Shown here in pieces: positions 62,224-64,000 of a DNA stretch of 64,000 bases; position 1 is the first letter of the stretch, and each line of letters opens with the position of its first letter. The position numbers were made by a program, and so were the translations under genes. The notes beneath the pieces were generated by a model. The model was not told the DNA's origin, did no database searches, and worked only from the letters and a program-made list of their open reading frames with translations. This DNA is from Vitrella brassicaformis CCMP3155 (Eukaryota > Protista > Chromerida): the NCBI GenBank assembly GCA_001179505.1, contig CDMY01000435.1:1-64000 (forward strand). The letters run 5' to 3'.

Positions 62224-63019
62224 AACATAGCGCGGTGACGGGAGTCCCCCAGTCCCTCATGAATGTGCGCGGAGACAAAGCAGCAGCTCACGATTCCGAT
62301 GACACAACGGCAATGACTGAAAGACATTGACCCCTCGCGAGGGGGGTGGAGGGAGCAGCTAAGCGAGCGGCCAGAAATGTGTTGGTGTGTCGTACGTAAT
62401 GCCGGGGCAATATTCATTGTGCGTAAGCAGATTTTTGTAGTCATATTGTACGTAGTATGGCTCCCCGTCTGTGCCCCGTCTTCGGCCCATAGATATGCGA
62501 TCGCGAAGGCAAGGGACAAAGCGCTGAACCGAGCACCGATTAGCCACAGATTGACCCAATGCGGAGGGCACCGAAGGTGTCCGGAGCGCGGCAGGCAGGC
62601 CAGTTCGTCTGAGCGATTCATGGGTGGTGGAGCGAGGGATGCGCGAAGCGCAGACCGACGCAGAGCGACAGTCGGTCTCCCCTCCCCGCCTCCCCCCCGC
62701 GTGACGAAAGCCACACGGAAGTCTCCCCATACACACACTGACTCAACACTCAACACTGGACACTCGTTCTCAGGATTCTGCAATCGCGCCGCACGTCGCT
62801 CAATGTCGGTCAATCTCGCGCTTCAACCAACCAACTAACCAACCAACCAATCTACCGGTGGCGGTTCACAAAATTTACGTCTCGTACGAAAGCTCGCCGG
62901 GGGTGTTTTTTTCTCCTGGTCCGGGGAAACAGAAAAGTGAGCAGAAAGACCTTGAGCGAAGAACAGATGGGGAGCAATATGCCTATGTGTGCCGCTGTTG
63001 GTCTTCTAGCACCCTCGCC

Positions 63020-64000
63020 ATGGCTCCTCCGGACAACAACAGGACGTCCACTTCAAGGTCGCTCGCAGCCGCGTCCGGAGAGAGCCTGGGGGCAATGAAC
63101 ATTCCACTGGGGCCTCCCAACAAGGGCGGAAAATCCGGGACAACTGACAAAACATCGGAGGGGAGGAGAATGATTCGACACACGCTCAACCCCATCATCA
63201 AACTGCTGTCCCCATCGCCCTCCACATCATGCAGGCAACACGAAACACCTGCATGGATCCATGGGGAGTGAACGTGTGCTATACACTGTGTCACGGCAGG
63301 CGCATTCTCTACCCTATGTCGCTGAGATTTCGCAAGGAAGACCTGGAGACGACCTATGCGCAGCACGTGCAGGTAGGTGCGGGTGGGTGACGGGCAGCAG
63401 CCAGAGGGCAACAACCACCATATGTGCCATTTGAGTGGTTCCATACACACACGGCTCGGCTTTGCAGCGTCAAGCTGCCAAGAATCTGTGGTGGTCGTTG
63501 CTGCTCCTTGTGGGGTGCATTGCCCTCGAGTATTCTGCCACAGCACTTCTGACAGAAGGGTTCCGCCCCAAGCACAAGCCATCCCACTTGGCCTACACTA
63601 TAGGCGTCTTCACCATCGTGTTATCCGGCGTGTTCGTGAGCGGGATGTCCGCTGTCAAGGGATTCTACGCCTACATAGAGGTGAGGAGAGTGACCATATG
63701 TGCAAGCAGGCCAGCTAAGCGTGCAACGATAGACCTGTTGCTCACCAGTTGATCATATCTCTCGGCGGGTCGCTGTTGTGCGGTATCCTGGTGTTTCTGG
63801 TGGACCACTGGCGGGTGGCTCGGCTGCTCGAGGACATCTCACCCAACACCATATGGAAGAGGTATGCAATGCCAGCCAAGGCGGACTGGTGGCTGAGGGG
63901 CGTCTTTGTATTTGTGTCTGTTCGTCTCGAGTAGGGATTACTTTTCCGATGGTCCCTTGCTGTTGGGTCTGATGTCCATTCTGCTATCGATCTGCATCTA
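63020..64000 (+). CDS. 5' part of a polytopic membrane protein with a cyclase/PDE-like juxtamembrane motif (truncated by window edge)
   Basis: Exon RILYPMSLRFRKEDLETTYAQHVQ resembles the LxFxxxxLExxY motif that precedes TM blocks of class III cyclases and apicomplexan PDEs. At least four hydrophobic segments follow; no catalytic domain inside the window. Confidence 0.5.

Noticed and set aside
62824-62850. (AACC)n tract as a functional element
   Set aside because: An ordinary short microsatellite.
63020-64000. Nucleotide-sugar transporter as part of the glycan island
   Set aside because: RYAMPA looked SLC35A-like, but the upstream LRFRKEDLETTY motif and TM spacing fit a cyclase/PDE-type N-terminus better. 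Excluded from the cluster.
1-64000. tRNA or rRNA genes
   Set aside because: No cloverleaf, T-loop/D-loop consensus or rRNA signature noticed by eye. A tRNAscan-SE/Infernal run would be needed to exclude them.

Overview
Intron-rich eukaryotic DNA with short GT-AG introns, (CAGA/TGTC)n intron microsatellites, a RAP/heptatricopeptide protein and a signal-peptide+Phe bipartite leader. This points to a chromerid/apicomplexan-related alga such as Vitrella (inference, not a database match). Recognisable genes: RAP-domain repeat protein, GH10 xylanase, folate/biopterin transporter, WD40+helical (EDC4-like?) protein, GaaA-type D-galacturonate reductase, two head-to-head arylsulfotransferase-PAN paralogues, three SAM methyltransferases, GT69 (CAP59/CMT1-like; one full gene and one truncated inverted copy), GT62 (Anp1-like) and the 5' part of a cyclase/PDE-like membrane protein. 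Mobile relics: a Pif1 helicase pseudogene, three RLE non-LTR fragments (one with a 10-bp TSD splitting a methyltransferase exon), a 240-bp insertion with a 14-bp TSD, and a GAA-loop hairpin repeat. Best leads: (1) a probably plastid-targeted FIST domain fused to an IGP-synthase fold lacking its catalytic residues; (2) a ~25-kb island of glycan-building and glycan-decorating genes; (3) a dispersed family with tandem AP2-like, His/Cys-rich repeats. Exon boundaries were read by eye, so coordinates are approximate.
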